Assembly (NCBI GenBank): GCA_013239625.1
Contig: MU053934.1
Coordinates: 9,631,352 to 9,695,351 of the forward strand
DNA: 64,000 nucleotides
Source of the DNA: Lama guanicoe
Taxonomy: Eukaryota
Direction of reading: 5' to 3'
Shown here: piece by piece, positions 51,601 through 61,300 of the stretch
Numbering within the stretch: the stretch's first letter is position 1
How the letters are laid out: each line of letters starts with the position of its first letter
The notes under the pieces: generated by a model
The model's input: only the letters and a program-made list of their open reading frames with translations
Databases searched by the model: none
Told to the model about the DNA's origin: nothing
Made by a program: the position numbers and the translations under genes

Positions 51601-54600
51601 TCGCTGGTGCCTTCTGTTCCCCGAAGTTGGATAAAGACATCGGCCCGGGTCCCAGACCCACAGCGGCTTCCTGTGAAAACGGTGACCAGATAGCAGACTT
51701 TATCGTAAGGGTCATTATCAAGCAGAACGATCACATGCTCCCTGAGAAACTGGTCCATTTCATCTCTGTGCAAGGCCCAGAAAGCCAGGATTATGTACAC
51801 GAGCATGATGAAGAGGACAGTGAAGAGGGTCACGGGGTTTTGGGGAACGGTCTTGATGACCTCCAACCGCAGGTCCACGGGATTGGGGACCACAATCATC
51901 CTGGCCGTCAAATAGCGGGTATGCAGGTATGGGTTGGGGAGTTTAATTTCTGCCAGTGGCTGCTTGGGCTGCGGGGTGTTTTTGCAGACACAGTGGATTC
52001 TGTTCCAGGTGGTCCTCTCTCCAAGAATGCAGGTGTCTTCTCTCCAGTCACTCTGGAGCCCACGCATGTCCAAGCACTGAACACTGAAAATAGAAATTCT
52101 CACTAACTTGTCACTGGGCGTCATGACAAAGCGAGGTGCCTGCAGAACCACAGCGACAGTGTACTCCGAGGAGCCACTCCGCTGAGCTATGAACCGCAGA
52201 AGGGACCGGGAAAGGCAGACCACGCGGGCCTGGTTCACCGCACAGGCCGGGTCAAACAGGTCGCTCTGGTTGGCAATCGGGGGGATGTTACGGGGCACAA
52301 GGAAGGTGGTGACCAAAGCATCAGGTGTGATCTGACTGCCAGCGTACACCAGCACCGTGAACAGCACTGTCACGTCCGTGATGATGTGGACCAGCACCTC
52401 GCTTGTGGCTCTGCCGTCCGCTTCAAAGCTAAACCCCCCAACCGTCTTTCTCAGAGACTCAGCTTTATCAGGCTCACCGCTGGGTCCCACTGTGAGACTA
52501 AAAACCGCGAAGCTCAGGTTTTTTTTGACCAGGTACACCTCTAAGACATCAGGTGTGATCTCAATCACTTCGCCGTTGGCCTCGGTTCCCGTCATCCTGA
52601 ACCCAGCCACCTCCGTCAAAACATCGTCCTGATAATTCAGCCAAGGGAAAGGGTCATCCGTGAACTCACAGAACATCATAGAAATGGGAGCATTGGTGGG
52701 CAAACTGGGGACGCTGTCCTCGTTCAGCGTCGGGTGAAAGCAGTTTCGACAGAGCTTCTCGTTGCTGAAGAACTTGGTGACGTTCCACTTTTCCGTTTTC
52801 TTGACGTACATGTTGAAGTTGGAGGTCCTCAGGGCGGTGGTTTCGTCCTCCGGTACTTTACCAGCCAAGACTGTGTCTGCTAGAGACTCTACCACGTGGA
52901 ACGGCTCTTCCACGACGCTGTGGCGAGCAGTCAGTTTCAGGACGTTAGACAAGCTTGTTAATATCCCAGTGCACACAATTTCTATCTGCTCAGAAGAGAC
53001 ATGTTTATCTTTTTGCCGATACTCCTGCAGGGCTTGATTTGCCTGCCAGATCCTCTCCGTGGCCAGTTTCTGAGAGACTAGGGTGAATTCAGAGGCTTTC
53101 TGGGTTAATTTAGTAACAGCCACGACTAGCTGGCTAATTTCCACCAAAGTGCTTACTGGAAGAATGAAGGACTGATTAAAAAGGTGTTCGCGGAGTCTGG
53201 CTTTGTCAGCTTGCAGAGGTAATTCGGTTTTCATGCTATTCAGCACAGAAGCTACTACATACATTAAATAACCTGCAGGTAAAAAATCCCGATTTTGAAG
53301 CAAAGTAGACAGCAATGAATCTGGTCCCATAGTGAAATTGAATAACTGGTTCAGCACAGCCTCTGATGAGTTCATGTCAGTAGGAGCCTGCACAGTGGCG
53401 TACAAAGTCACCTGAGAAAAAGGTCCTAGAGAATTATATACCTGAGCATATATCTTCAAGGCATAATGATTGGCCAGCACACCAACAGGGAGAAAGGAAG
53501 GGGGCGATGTAGAATCCTTCCCCAAATACAGGACGGTCCCCAAGGTGTTTTCTTTTAAAGAACTGATTTCACCAAAACCATGCACATCAGAAACTAATAT
53601 TTTATATGTAAGAGGGACATTCCTATCCTTGAAATTACTACACTGGACAACAAATTTAGTAATCAGTGCAATTCCTTTCGCTGGATTAATTTTGCATTCT
53701 CCGATTTCAGGGACATGGTTAATAATGAAGGGGTGCCTTAAGACCAAGGTCGCTCCACTCCAAGTGTTTAGATATAGAGAAACCCAAAACTTGTCTTCAA
53801 CAAAATGTTCAAAAGCAAAAGCTTTTACAGACAAGTAAGCGCCATTCCTCCCTGTTGTAGTTTGCCCCATCCAATCAAACTGGATCTCACTACCTAGAAG
53901 TGACAGGATCGACCATTTATAGACATCACGGCTTGTTTTACAATTTGTGCAGTTTAGAGACAAAGAGAATCTGTCTGATATCACCAAATCGAGATCACAA
54001 TTTTCGACACATGAGATGACCGCCACAGGCTTTGGTCCTGGGAGCACGTGCACCCTTCTATCTGAAAACGCTCTTCTGTTATTCTTCTCAATCACCATTC
54101 TGAAAAAATACACACGCCCACCTTTCAGTGTTTCTGGCAAAAGTGTCAGCACGGGACCAGAGGCCCAGGTCCACTTCAGATCAGCCTGCTCTGGGAGACA
54201 GACATCCTTACTCCTCACTGTTATCTTCTCTCCTTGGTAATTTTTTGGCTCTGTGGTACAGTACCAGAAAAACTGGAGTCCCTCTAAGGGGCTGTTTGCA
54301 TCTGGATCAGAGGACTGACTTCCATCCAGAGTCAGCCCATCTTTGAACTTAATGGTGACATTGGCATCCCCGAGGATAACTGCCTCCAGGGGACTCCTGA
54401 GAATGACGACATGGATGGCATCCGAGTCTTTTGCCAAGGGTGCCTCTGGGTCCCAAGACTTGAGGTAGACTGAGAAATTAAACAGATACACCCCCCACAT
54501 TAAAGACTTCTTGGGGATGTGTACACTTGTTGTAGTGTACTGTAACTTGAGTTCACTTGTTTTCAAAGGTTTGGTCCAGTCCGGCACAGCGGATACAGAA

Positions 54601-55439
54601 GGCAGGGGGAAGATGAGCCACTTCTGAATAATGGCCTGGAAGAGCGAGCAGTAGTAGCGGACGGTGGCGTTGATGGTGGCTTCCATCTCCCTGGTCAGCT
54701 GCAGCACAGAACTGTCCCTATTGATCTTCACCTCGTGGATAACACAGACCGGCAGAGGCTGGTCCTCTACCTGACAGGACACCGAAGACTCCATGGCTCG
54801 GGAATGGTTCGGGTGGACCGCCTCTAGAACGACAGGCGTAGGCCCATCCGTAGGGCACTGGGTTTGGCCTATGAAGTCCGCGGAGGCGAGGGGGCCGCGG
54901 GGCAGAACCGAGCGGGGCGCCACGCGGGCGGCGGCGGCGGGCCCGAGCAGCCCGAGGTGGAAGGTCCACTCCGGCCGCCCGAGCGAGCGCGGCAGGCGGG
55001 CGAGCCAGCCCAGCGAGAGGCGGCCGCGGGGCGCCGACAGGTGCAGGTCCACGCGGGCGGGNNNNNNNNNNNNNNNNNNNNNNNNNNNNNNNNNNNNNNN
55101 NNNNNNNNNNNNNNNNNNNNNNNNNNNNNNNNNNNNNNNNNNNNNNNNNNNNNNNNNNNNNNNNNNNNNNNNNNNNNNNNNNNNNNNNNNNNNNNNNNNN
55201 NNNNNNNNNNNNNNNNNNNNNNNNNNNNNNNNNNNNNNNNNNNNNNNNNNNNNNNNNNNNNNNNNNNNNNNNNNNNNNGAGGCGGGGCCCGGGCCGGGGA
55301 GGCCGCCGGACGGCGAGCCGGGCGCCCCGGGGGCGGCGGCGCGGGCCCTGCGAGGAGCCGGTGGCGGAGGGCGGCGGCCGAGATCGGAGCCCAGGCCCAG
55401 GCCCAGGGCCAGGAGGAGGAGTGCGGGCCCGGGCCGCAT
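48621..55439 (-). CDS. PKDREJ: Polycystin family receptor for egg jelly (intronless; signal peptide, REJ, GPS-like, PLAT, multi-TM channel region)
   Basis: Single long ORF; MRPGPALLLLALGLGLG signal peptide at ATG 55439; PLAT-type YLVTVFTGSRCGSGTRADVFIQLRG; C-terminus RNINGKKMVYLVV; N-gap at 55062-55278. Confidence 0.97.
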   Translation of the reverse strand: MRPGPALLLLALGLGLGSDLGRRPPPPAPRRARAAAPGAPGSPSGGLPGPGPAXXXXXXXXXXXXXXXXXXXXXXXXXXXXXXXXXXXXXXXXXXXXXXXXXXXXXXXXXXXXXXXXXXXXXXXXXPARVDLHLSAPRGRLSLGWLARLPRSLGRPEWTFHLGLLGPAAAARVAPRSVLPRGPLASADFIGQTQCPTDGPTPVVLEAVHPNHSRAMESSVSCQVEDQPLPVCVIHEVKINRDSSVLQLTREMEATINATVRYYCSLFQAIIQKWLIFPLPSVSAVPDWTKPLKTSELKLQYTTTSVHIPKKSLMWGVYLFNFSVYLKSWDPEAPLAKDSDAIHVVILRSPLEAVILGDANVTIKFKDGLTLDGSQSSDPDANSPLEGLQFFWYCTTEPKNYQGEKITVRSKDVCLPEQADLKWTWASGPVLTLLPETLKGGRVYFFRMVIEKNNRRAFSDRRVHVLPGPKPVAVISCVENCDLDLVISDRFSLSLNCTNCKTSRDVYKWSILSLLGSEIQFDWMGQTTTGRNGAYLSVKAFAFEHFVEDKFWVSLYLNTWSGATLVLRHPFIINHVPEIGECKINPAKGIALITKFVVQCSNFKDRNVPLTYKILVSDVHGFGEISSLKENTLGTVLYLGKDSTSPPSFLPVGVLANHYALKIYAQVYNSLGPFSQVTLYATVQAPTDMNSSEAVLNQLFNFTMGPDSLLSTLLQNRDFLPAGYLMYVVASVLNSMKTELPLQADKARLREHLFNQSFILPVSTLVEISQLVVAVTKLTQKASEFTLVSQKLATERIWQANQALQEYRQKDKHVSSEQIEIVCTGILTSLSNVLKLTARHSVVEEPFHVVESLADTVLAGKVPEDETTALRTSNFNMYVKKTEKWNVTKFFSNEKLCRNCFHPTLNEDSVPSLPTNAPISMMFCEFTDDPFPWLNYQDDVLTEVAGFRMTGTEANGEVIEITPDVLEVYLVKKNLSFAVFSLTVGPSGEPDKAESLRKTVGGFSFEADGRATSEVLVHIITDVTVLFTVLVYAGSQITPDALVTTFLVPRNIPPIANQSDLFDPACAVNQARVVCLSRSLLRFIAQRSGSSEYTVAVVLQAPRFVMTPSDKLVRISIFSVQCLDMRGLQSDWREDTCILGERTTWNRIHCVCKNTPQPKQPLAEIKLPNPYLHTRYLTARMIVVPNPVDLRLEVIKTVPQNPVTLFTVLFIMLVYIILAFWALHRDEMDQFLREHVIVLLDNDPYDKVCYLVTVFTGSRCGSGTRADVFIQLRGTEGTSEVHCLSHPQFTVLCRGSINTFLLTTQNDLGDIHSIHVWHNNEGRAPSWYLSRIKVESLFSRNIWLFMCRKWLSIDTTLDRTFHATHPDKPLRRKDFFLIDASYSLGRSHLWFSIFSSVVAKPFSRLQRLSCCLAMLLSSLLCNIMFFNLNRQKEPEPQSSKYIRSMIIGLESVLITIPVQVTIISLFVYSQREPQVPLSEVSPQKPPVSSAASGHWEERLEKWHARETAKAQSRKPKKPPPKRKPGRRKAPARATSKTRQQVQRADSKVSDTSRKNENANNPNIDDNQSAHPEKAPPPPDPPALEEKPRVVLPWWCVHVAWFLVFATCSVSSFFIVFYGLTYGYEKSIEWLFASFCSFTQSVFLVQPLKIILLSGMRTNKPKYCKNLPWISNYRYTQIRLQSITTDPEEMRRQHERVSRIRGSRMYQPLTEDEIRIFQRKKRIKRRAFLFLSYVLAHFIFLALLLGLVALLRHTDCFYYNQFIHDQFSMDLATVTKLEGIFPWLNSVLLPLLHNNLDPTFLPDSSSKILGLPLMRQVRAVPGEKACLPAKHFAQSSLQGEIRCHPEYGTDPEDTKSYSGSWNRVGKRAVDKNAKGFTYKPPEKRWAYSSYGLLQTYGSGGYVFYFFPEEQQFNSTLRLKELQNSKWLDEKTWAVILELTTYNPDASLFCCVSVIFEVSQLGVVNTSLSVYSFSLADFNPKTSAEIYLYAAILIFFAAYIVDEGYVIMQEGASYVTSVYNLLNFALKCIFTVLIVLFFRKHFLATSIIQFYLANSKDFIPFHAVSQVDHIMRVMLGFLLFLTILKTLRYSRVFYDVRLAQRAIQAALHGICHMALVVSAYFFVYMALGYLVFSQHEWNYSNMIRAAQTIFSYCVSAFQNTEFSSNRVLGVLFLSSFMLVMICILINLFQAVILSAYEEMKQPVYEEPSEEAEAMTYLCRKLRSMFGFLSLRSKEEDEPEFFINMVYGQPEKSSRRYLGLKTRNINGKKMVYLVV

Positions 55440-55720
55440 GGAAGCGGGACGTGGGAGGCGCTGCGCTGCGGAGGCCGCGGGGTCTCGCCAACGGCCGCGG
55501 GGGCGCGGGCCACGGGGGGCGCGGGGCGGCGGGGTCACGGGCGCCTACGAGTGGGCGCGGTCCGGCCCCGCCTGGGCAGGCTTCGCCTCGGGGGTGCTAG
55601 CTGGGGGGTCCTGCGCCCTGTCTCCCGACCCGCAAAGAAGGCCCCTCACAGGACCCTGCCCCCGGAAAACTGGTTACAAAGGCGAGGGCGCGGGAGCAAG
55701 AGGGACTGCGGGCCCCTGAG
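54780..55720. promoter_or_regulatory. CpG island over PKDREJ 5' end
   Basis: GC- and CpG-dense sequence spanning the ATG. Confidence 0.8.
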
Positions 55721-55799
55721 CGGCCCTGAGCTCTCTGGGTTTCTTCCTTGCTTTTCTTGTCCTGCTTTCTCGGGGTGAAATCCTGTGTCGTCGATTTGA

Positions 55800-56365
55800 G
55801 ATCTTATTTTATAACAGAAGCATTTACCGCGGCAAGTTTCCCGTCAGCACTCCTTAACTGCCTTCCGCACATTTATGGTATTTTTATTATCATTCAATTA
55901 TAAATATTTTTAATTTCCCCTGTTTTGGTTCGACCTCTGAATTAAAGCGTGTTGTTTCATTTCCAGATATTTGGAGTTTCTGTAAAAATCTTACGGCTAT
56001 TAATTTCTAATTGAATTGTGTTATGGTCAGAGAATACATTCTGTATGACTTTTATCCCTTTAAACAAATTGAGACTTGTTTGAAAGCCGCTGGAGTGGTC
56101 TGTCTTAATGTATGTTCCATGTGCACTTGAAAAGAATGTGTATTCTTCAGTTGTTGGGTGGAGTGTTCTGTAGATTATCACTTAGGTCAAGGTGGATGGT
56201 AGTGTTGCTTGGATCTAAGTCTTCTCTGAATTTTTATCTAGTTCTATCAATTGTTGAGAGACGATGTTACTGTCTCTGACTCTGACTGAAATTGTCTGTT
56301 TCACTCTTTAATTCTGCCAATTTTTGTTTCCTGTGTTTTGGGGCTCTGTCTGGCATGTACACATT
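55800..56365 (-). mobile_element. L1 ORF2 endonuclease-region fragment
   Basis: IYRTLHPTTEEYTFFSSAHGT in ORF 55957-56181. Confidence 0.85.
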
Positions 56366-56369
56366 CTTA

Positions 56370-56760
56370 GCACAGGGAGCTGTAAGTGCAAAGGCTTGAG
56401 GCAGGAGTGACAGAGAGGGTTAGTAGTGGTGCTGGGGTGAGCAGGGCGGCCAGAGAGTGGTAGAAGATGTAGCTGGAGAGATGGCCAATGACCAGAGCAT
56501 GTGGGGTCTCCTAGGTCACGGTCACATATCTGAATTTTATCTCAAGTGGATTGGGAAGTCTTTGGAGGGCTTTGAGCAGGGATGGGCCCTGATCTGATTT
56601 CCAGTTTGGAAGCATCATTCTGCTGTGAGGGAAGTAGATTGTAGGTGGGCAGGAATGAAAGGACAGAGGCGTTAGGCCTGGTTGCTGGAGGAACGATCTG
56701 TACGTAAGTGGGCTGATTCTGACTTGGTTAGGGTTTGCAACAGTGGAGGCAGTAAGCAGT
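56370..56760 (-). mobile_element. L2 fragment
   Basis: AAGTGCAAAGGCTTGAGGCAGG...TTGGAGGGCTTTGAGCAGG resembles antisense L2. Confidence 0.6.
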
Positions 56761-56789
56761 GGGAATGATGGCCCCTGTTAACGGACTGA

Positions 56790-56955
56790 CTACCGGATTT
56801 TCAGGGCCCTGTGGAAAATGAAAATGTGGGGCTCTTGTTCAAAAACTTAAAAATTTCAAGATGGCGACAGCAGAGCTTTCAACCAAGCACGGGGCCCTTC
56901 TAAGTGTGAGGCCCTGTGTGACCACCCAGGGGGCACACCCATGGCTACAGCCAGG
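56790..56955 (-). mobile_element. Non-autonomous hAT element (MER45-like)
   Basis: Reverse-complement match to the 21450-21610 element. Confidence 0.55.
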
Positions 56956-57408
56956 CCAGAGACCAGCCAGGAGTGCATCCTTCCTTACCACAGCCCTTGA
57001 TTCCCCCAGCCGACACCAGCTTCTGGGCCCCAGCCCTCCAGGGGCACAGGTCCAGGGTGCTACTTGCTGAGGGGTGGGGAGTGTGGAATGCCACATCACA
57101 TTTTTTTGGTCTCCAAAGACACTGTCACCACTTCAGCCTCTACCCTGGAGAGGATACAGGGCGAGGCTCATGCACAGGCCCTGTGAGGGTCCTGTAGGGG
57201 CTTCTTGTCACCCTGTGTGTCGTTTTCAGCCTTTTGGGGCCTCCAGGCCACACACGAGTGGAATGTCAGAGGCTCGGGGTCCAGTTATGATCACTTCTAC
57301 TAGCCAGATGCTACCACTTTTCCAAAGTGACACGCGTTTACACTGGACTGGAGTGAGGGTGGGGGACTGGGAGGGACTTGCTGCCTTGGGCACAAAATTT
57401 AAGGGTGG

Positions 57409-58037
57409 TGTTAGTGGGCAGGGAAGCCCCCAGAGAACCCCAAAGAGTGGGTCCTTGTCTCCTGGCCATGAAAGAATTCACAGTGGAGACAAAGGGGCAG
57501 AGTGAAAGCTGTTTTATTGCTGAAAAGAGGAAAAGACACTGAAGTGCAAAGACACTGGAGTGGGTGCTCTGTAAGCCCCGGTGGCTTGACGTAAGAGCTC
57601 CCGCCCTTGGGGTCTTCACTGGGGCCCTTTATCTGTCTCCTTTGGTGCTTCTTGTCCCCTTTCCATTGGCCGCTCTTTTCCTGTTTGGCTTCCAACTCCT
57701 TCTCCTCTGTGGAACAAACACTTTGCAAATGCAAGCTCTAGGGACCCTCAAACCCTGCAGTCAGGCTAAAATTAGGTAACTAAGGACCTCAAGCAACGCA
57801 GTTAAGCTAATGCAATGTGGTCAAGCTAGGTCAAGCAAGTGGGTCCCTTAAACAATGTGGTCATCATCATTAGATCCAGTCACAGGGCTTTTTCCTTCAG
57901 GGTGGCTTTCTCCATCACTCAAGCAGGAGGATCACGTAAGGCCAACTGTAAGTTTTAAACAGGTTCATTTTAAACCTTTAAAGAAGTCTCTAAGCAACAG
58001 GTCCTGGGTTGGGTTCCCCAGCTCCCTGCCTCCTTCA
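57409..58037 (-). mobile_element. Solo ERV-type LTR (copy B)
   Basis: TG...CA ends; colinear with copy A, e.g. GGTGGCTTGAC, CTCTGTGGAACA, TAAACCTTTAAAGAAGTCTCTA; imperfect TSD GTGG/GGGG. Confidence 0.78.
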
Positions 58038-58077
58038 GGGGAGGGTGCCAAAATCCTCAGTAATCAGGACAAATGAT

Positions 58078-59347
58078 CTATTTTTAATTCACATAAATTG
58101 ACCATTCTAAAGGACACAATTCGGTAGTACTGAATACATTCACAATGTTTTGCAACCATCAGCTCAGTCTTACACCATCACATTTTCATCACTCTGAAAG
58201 GAAACTCATACCCATTAAGCAGTCACGCCCCATTCCTGCCTCATGCCGGCCCCTGGCAACTATGAATCTACTTTTTCTGTGGATTTGCCAATCCTGGCTA
58301 CTTCATGTAAATGGAATCGTACAATATGTGAGCTTTTATAATGGAAAAGAATCTGAAAATATGTGTGTATATATGTATATATACATAACTGAATTGCTTT
58401 GCTGTCTGCCTGAAACTAACATTATAAATCAACTACACTTCAATAAAAAACAAAATTCTAAAAATGAAGTTAAGAAAAAAGTGAGATTTTATTCCTGGCG
58501 TCTTTCACTGAGCGTGTTTCAGAGGTTCCTTCACATTGTAGTGTGTACCAGTCCTTCATTCCTCTTGACAGTTGAGTAATATTTCACTACATGGATCTAG
58601 ATCACATTCTGTTTATCCATCTCTTGATGGACGATTGGGTTGTTTCCACATTTTGGAACTCTGAATAGTGCTGCTGCGAACATTTGTGTACGAGGCTTTC
58701 TCTGCATACCTGTTTTCACGTCTTTTAGTTGTGCAAAATGGCCAGGACGTTCTATGTTTAACTTTTTGAGGAGTCACCTGTTTTCCACAGCAGTTGCACC
58801 TTTTGTATTCCTGCCAGCAGTGTATGACAGTTCCAGTTTCTCCATGTCTTCACCAATACTGATTTTCCCTAAAAAACAAAATTCTAGCCAATCTACTGGG
58901 TGTGAAGTGATAGCTCACTGTGGTTTTAATTTGCATTTCCCTGACGACTAATAATGTTGAGCATCTTTTTAGGTATTTATTGGCTATTTGTGTATTTTCT
59001 TTGGGGACATGTCTAATCACATCCTTTGCTCTTTTTTAAGTTGGGGTGTTTGTCATTTTGCTGTTGAGTTGTAAGAATTCTTTATGTATTCTGGATACTA
59101 AACTCTTATCCAGTATGATTTGCAACTATTTTTGCCCATTGTCTTGTCTGTAGTTTGTCTTTTCACTTTCTTGATAGCATCCTTTGATGCAGAAAAAAAT
59201 TTAATTTTTATGAAATCCACTTTTTCTATGCTTTCTTTTGGGTTTTGTCCTTTTGGTGTCGTATCTAAGAACCTCTGCCAAATCCAACATCGTGAAGATT
59301 TATTCCTAGGTTTTCTTCTAAACGTTTTATAGTTTCAGCTCTTAAAT
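58078..59347 (-). mobile_element. Old L1 3' fragment carrying a younger + strand L1 tail (58339-58480)
   Basis: Antisense L1 motifs, e.g. TTTAATTTGCATTTCCCTGA; TSD-like repeats for both inserts. Confidence 0.8.
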
Positions 59348-59619
59348 AAGACAAATAATATTTTAATGCAATATTTTGGAAAATTAAAATCAATGCAAAA
59401 CAATGATGAACAAAATACTAATATTTAAATAAGGACAGGATCTGACCCTACACCGAACTACTTACTGACTCCTGTACCGTAAGGGGAGGAAGAGCGAGGG
59501 GTTAGATTACACTAGGGGAGAGCAGTCAGGCTAGAGAGGTTTGTGGCTGATGGCAGAGCTCAGTGGAGAAGCAGCTGACCTGCAGGAGAGGCCCCTCATA
59601 CTCCCGCCGCAAGTCCTAG

Positions 59620-60400
59620 AGAAGGAGAGGGCATGGGACCCAGGGAACCGGGGGGATAACCCGGTGGAACCGGTCGCGTGGGATGTTGGCCAAAAGTGAC
59701 CACTGTGAATGTGTGCCCACGGCTTCCCAGTGGGACTACATGAGCTTGAAAGCGACCGCTGTCCCAGGTCTCTCCTACCTCCCAAGGGATTCTGCAGTCG
59801 TCTCCCCAAGAGGGTCCCCCCGGGGAGGAGCCCCCCAGCTCGCCCTCTGGCCCCGGGGCCCCAGGCTCCCGGTCTAATGGCGGGGGGCGAGGGGAGCCGG
59901 AGAGTACACAGAGACTCACCCCTGCCCCCTCGAGCCGACCCGGGTTCCCACAGTCCGGGAGGAGGGAGCCACGGGCAGAAGCCGACCCCGCCCCGCCCCC
60001 GGGGCTCCCTCCCCGCCCCCACCCGGAAGCCCACTCGCCGGACACCTACCTGCGCCCGAGACAGCGACCTGCACCATGGCTGTGTCCGCGCCGCTGCGCG
60101 ACTGCCAGGTACACGGAGGCCGCCCGCGGCCCCGTGACCCCGCAACCACGGGGGTGGCCCGGCACCCCGGGGGCGGGATCAGACCTGCCCGGGGTCTGGG
60201 TGGGGCGCGGCCCTCGAGAAGCGGGCGCGCGTCCTGGGCGCCCGAAAGGGAACAGAGGACCCTCCAGTGGGGCCCCCACCTAGAGAAACCAGCGGCGTGG
60301 GGCGGGGCCCCTTGGAGACCCCAGACCCCCTTAAAACTTAGCTCCTGGACCCCGGCGTGTCGCAGGCAGGGACGCTGCGTGTTAGTGAGGGTCTTCTTAG
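59620..60400. promoter_or_regulatory. CpG island / TTC38 promoter
   Basis: CpG-dense; tandem CCCCGCCCC boxes and CCGGAAG (ETS-like) upstream of the ATG. Confidence 0.8.
60076..60108 (+). CDS. TTC38: Tetratricopeptide repeat protein 38, coding exon 1
   Basis: ACCATGG Kozak; MAVSAPLRDCQ then GT donor. Confidence 0.92.
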
Positions 60401-61135
60401 GACCCGCCAGGGCAGGGAGCCTGGACCCATTTTGCAGATGTGGAAGGGGTGTTCAGAGGAGCGAGGAGTCATGCCCACAGCAACGCAATACTCCTCACAA
60501 GGATCTGGCCGCTGGGCTGGCCAGAGTAAAGGGTATTTCCCCACCCCGGGGAGTAGCCTGTGCGTGCGCCCCTGGCAGGGCACACAGTTCTGACAATTGG
60601 CGACTCTTCCACTGACAGACCTGAAGGTTTGAATCATCTGGTGAGGTGATGGGGAGATGAGAGGACTTGCTTCCGCGGTTGGCATAGAGTGTACACCTTG
60701 CCAGCCAGAGGAAAGAACACGCTCCTGGTTTTGCACTCCAGCGCTGGCCTCTCTTCTGCCCTGGCAGACCTCCCCCGGCCAGATCAGGGACTCCCACCTA
60801 CGAGTATCTGCTCCCTAGGAGACCCTTCACAGTCACCCACGTTTCCCCCCGGAGCCCCATGTCAAAGGGGCCAGCCAAGGGTCAGAGGGAGGACCTTACC
60901 TGAGGGCACACAGCTATTTTAGAGGCCCTTGGGATTTGCATGGGGACCCGACTGGCCCAGGGCTCATCTCTCTTTCTCCACTTAATTATCTATGAAATCT
61001 GGGAACCCCAAAAGGACAGGTCTCACCGAGGCCCATGCCTACCGCATGCTAGGTGCTGGGAGACCTCCAGTGCTCGGGGCTGGGGCTGGTGTGTGTTTAG
61101 AGGACTGCCTGTAATAGACATCTCTCTGTGCGTAG

Positions 61136-61300
<165 letters not shown>

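Noticed and set aside
55440..55538. 33-aa N-terminal extension of PKDREJ in the ORF track
   Set aside because: It starts at a GTG; the ATG at 55439 directly precedes the signal peptide.
41040..58037. Idea that PKDREJ is cargo of one provirus bounded by the two LTRs
   Set aside because: The LTRs are clearly diverged, each has its own near-TSD, no gag/pol/env is visible, and PKDREJ synteny is ancient in mammals.
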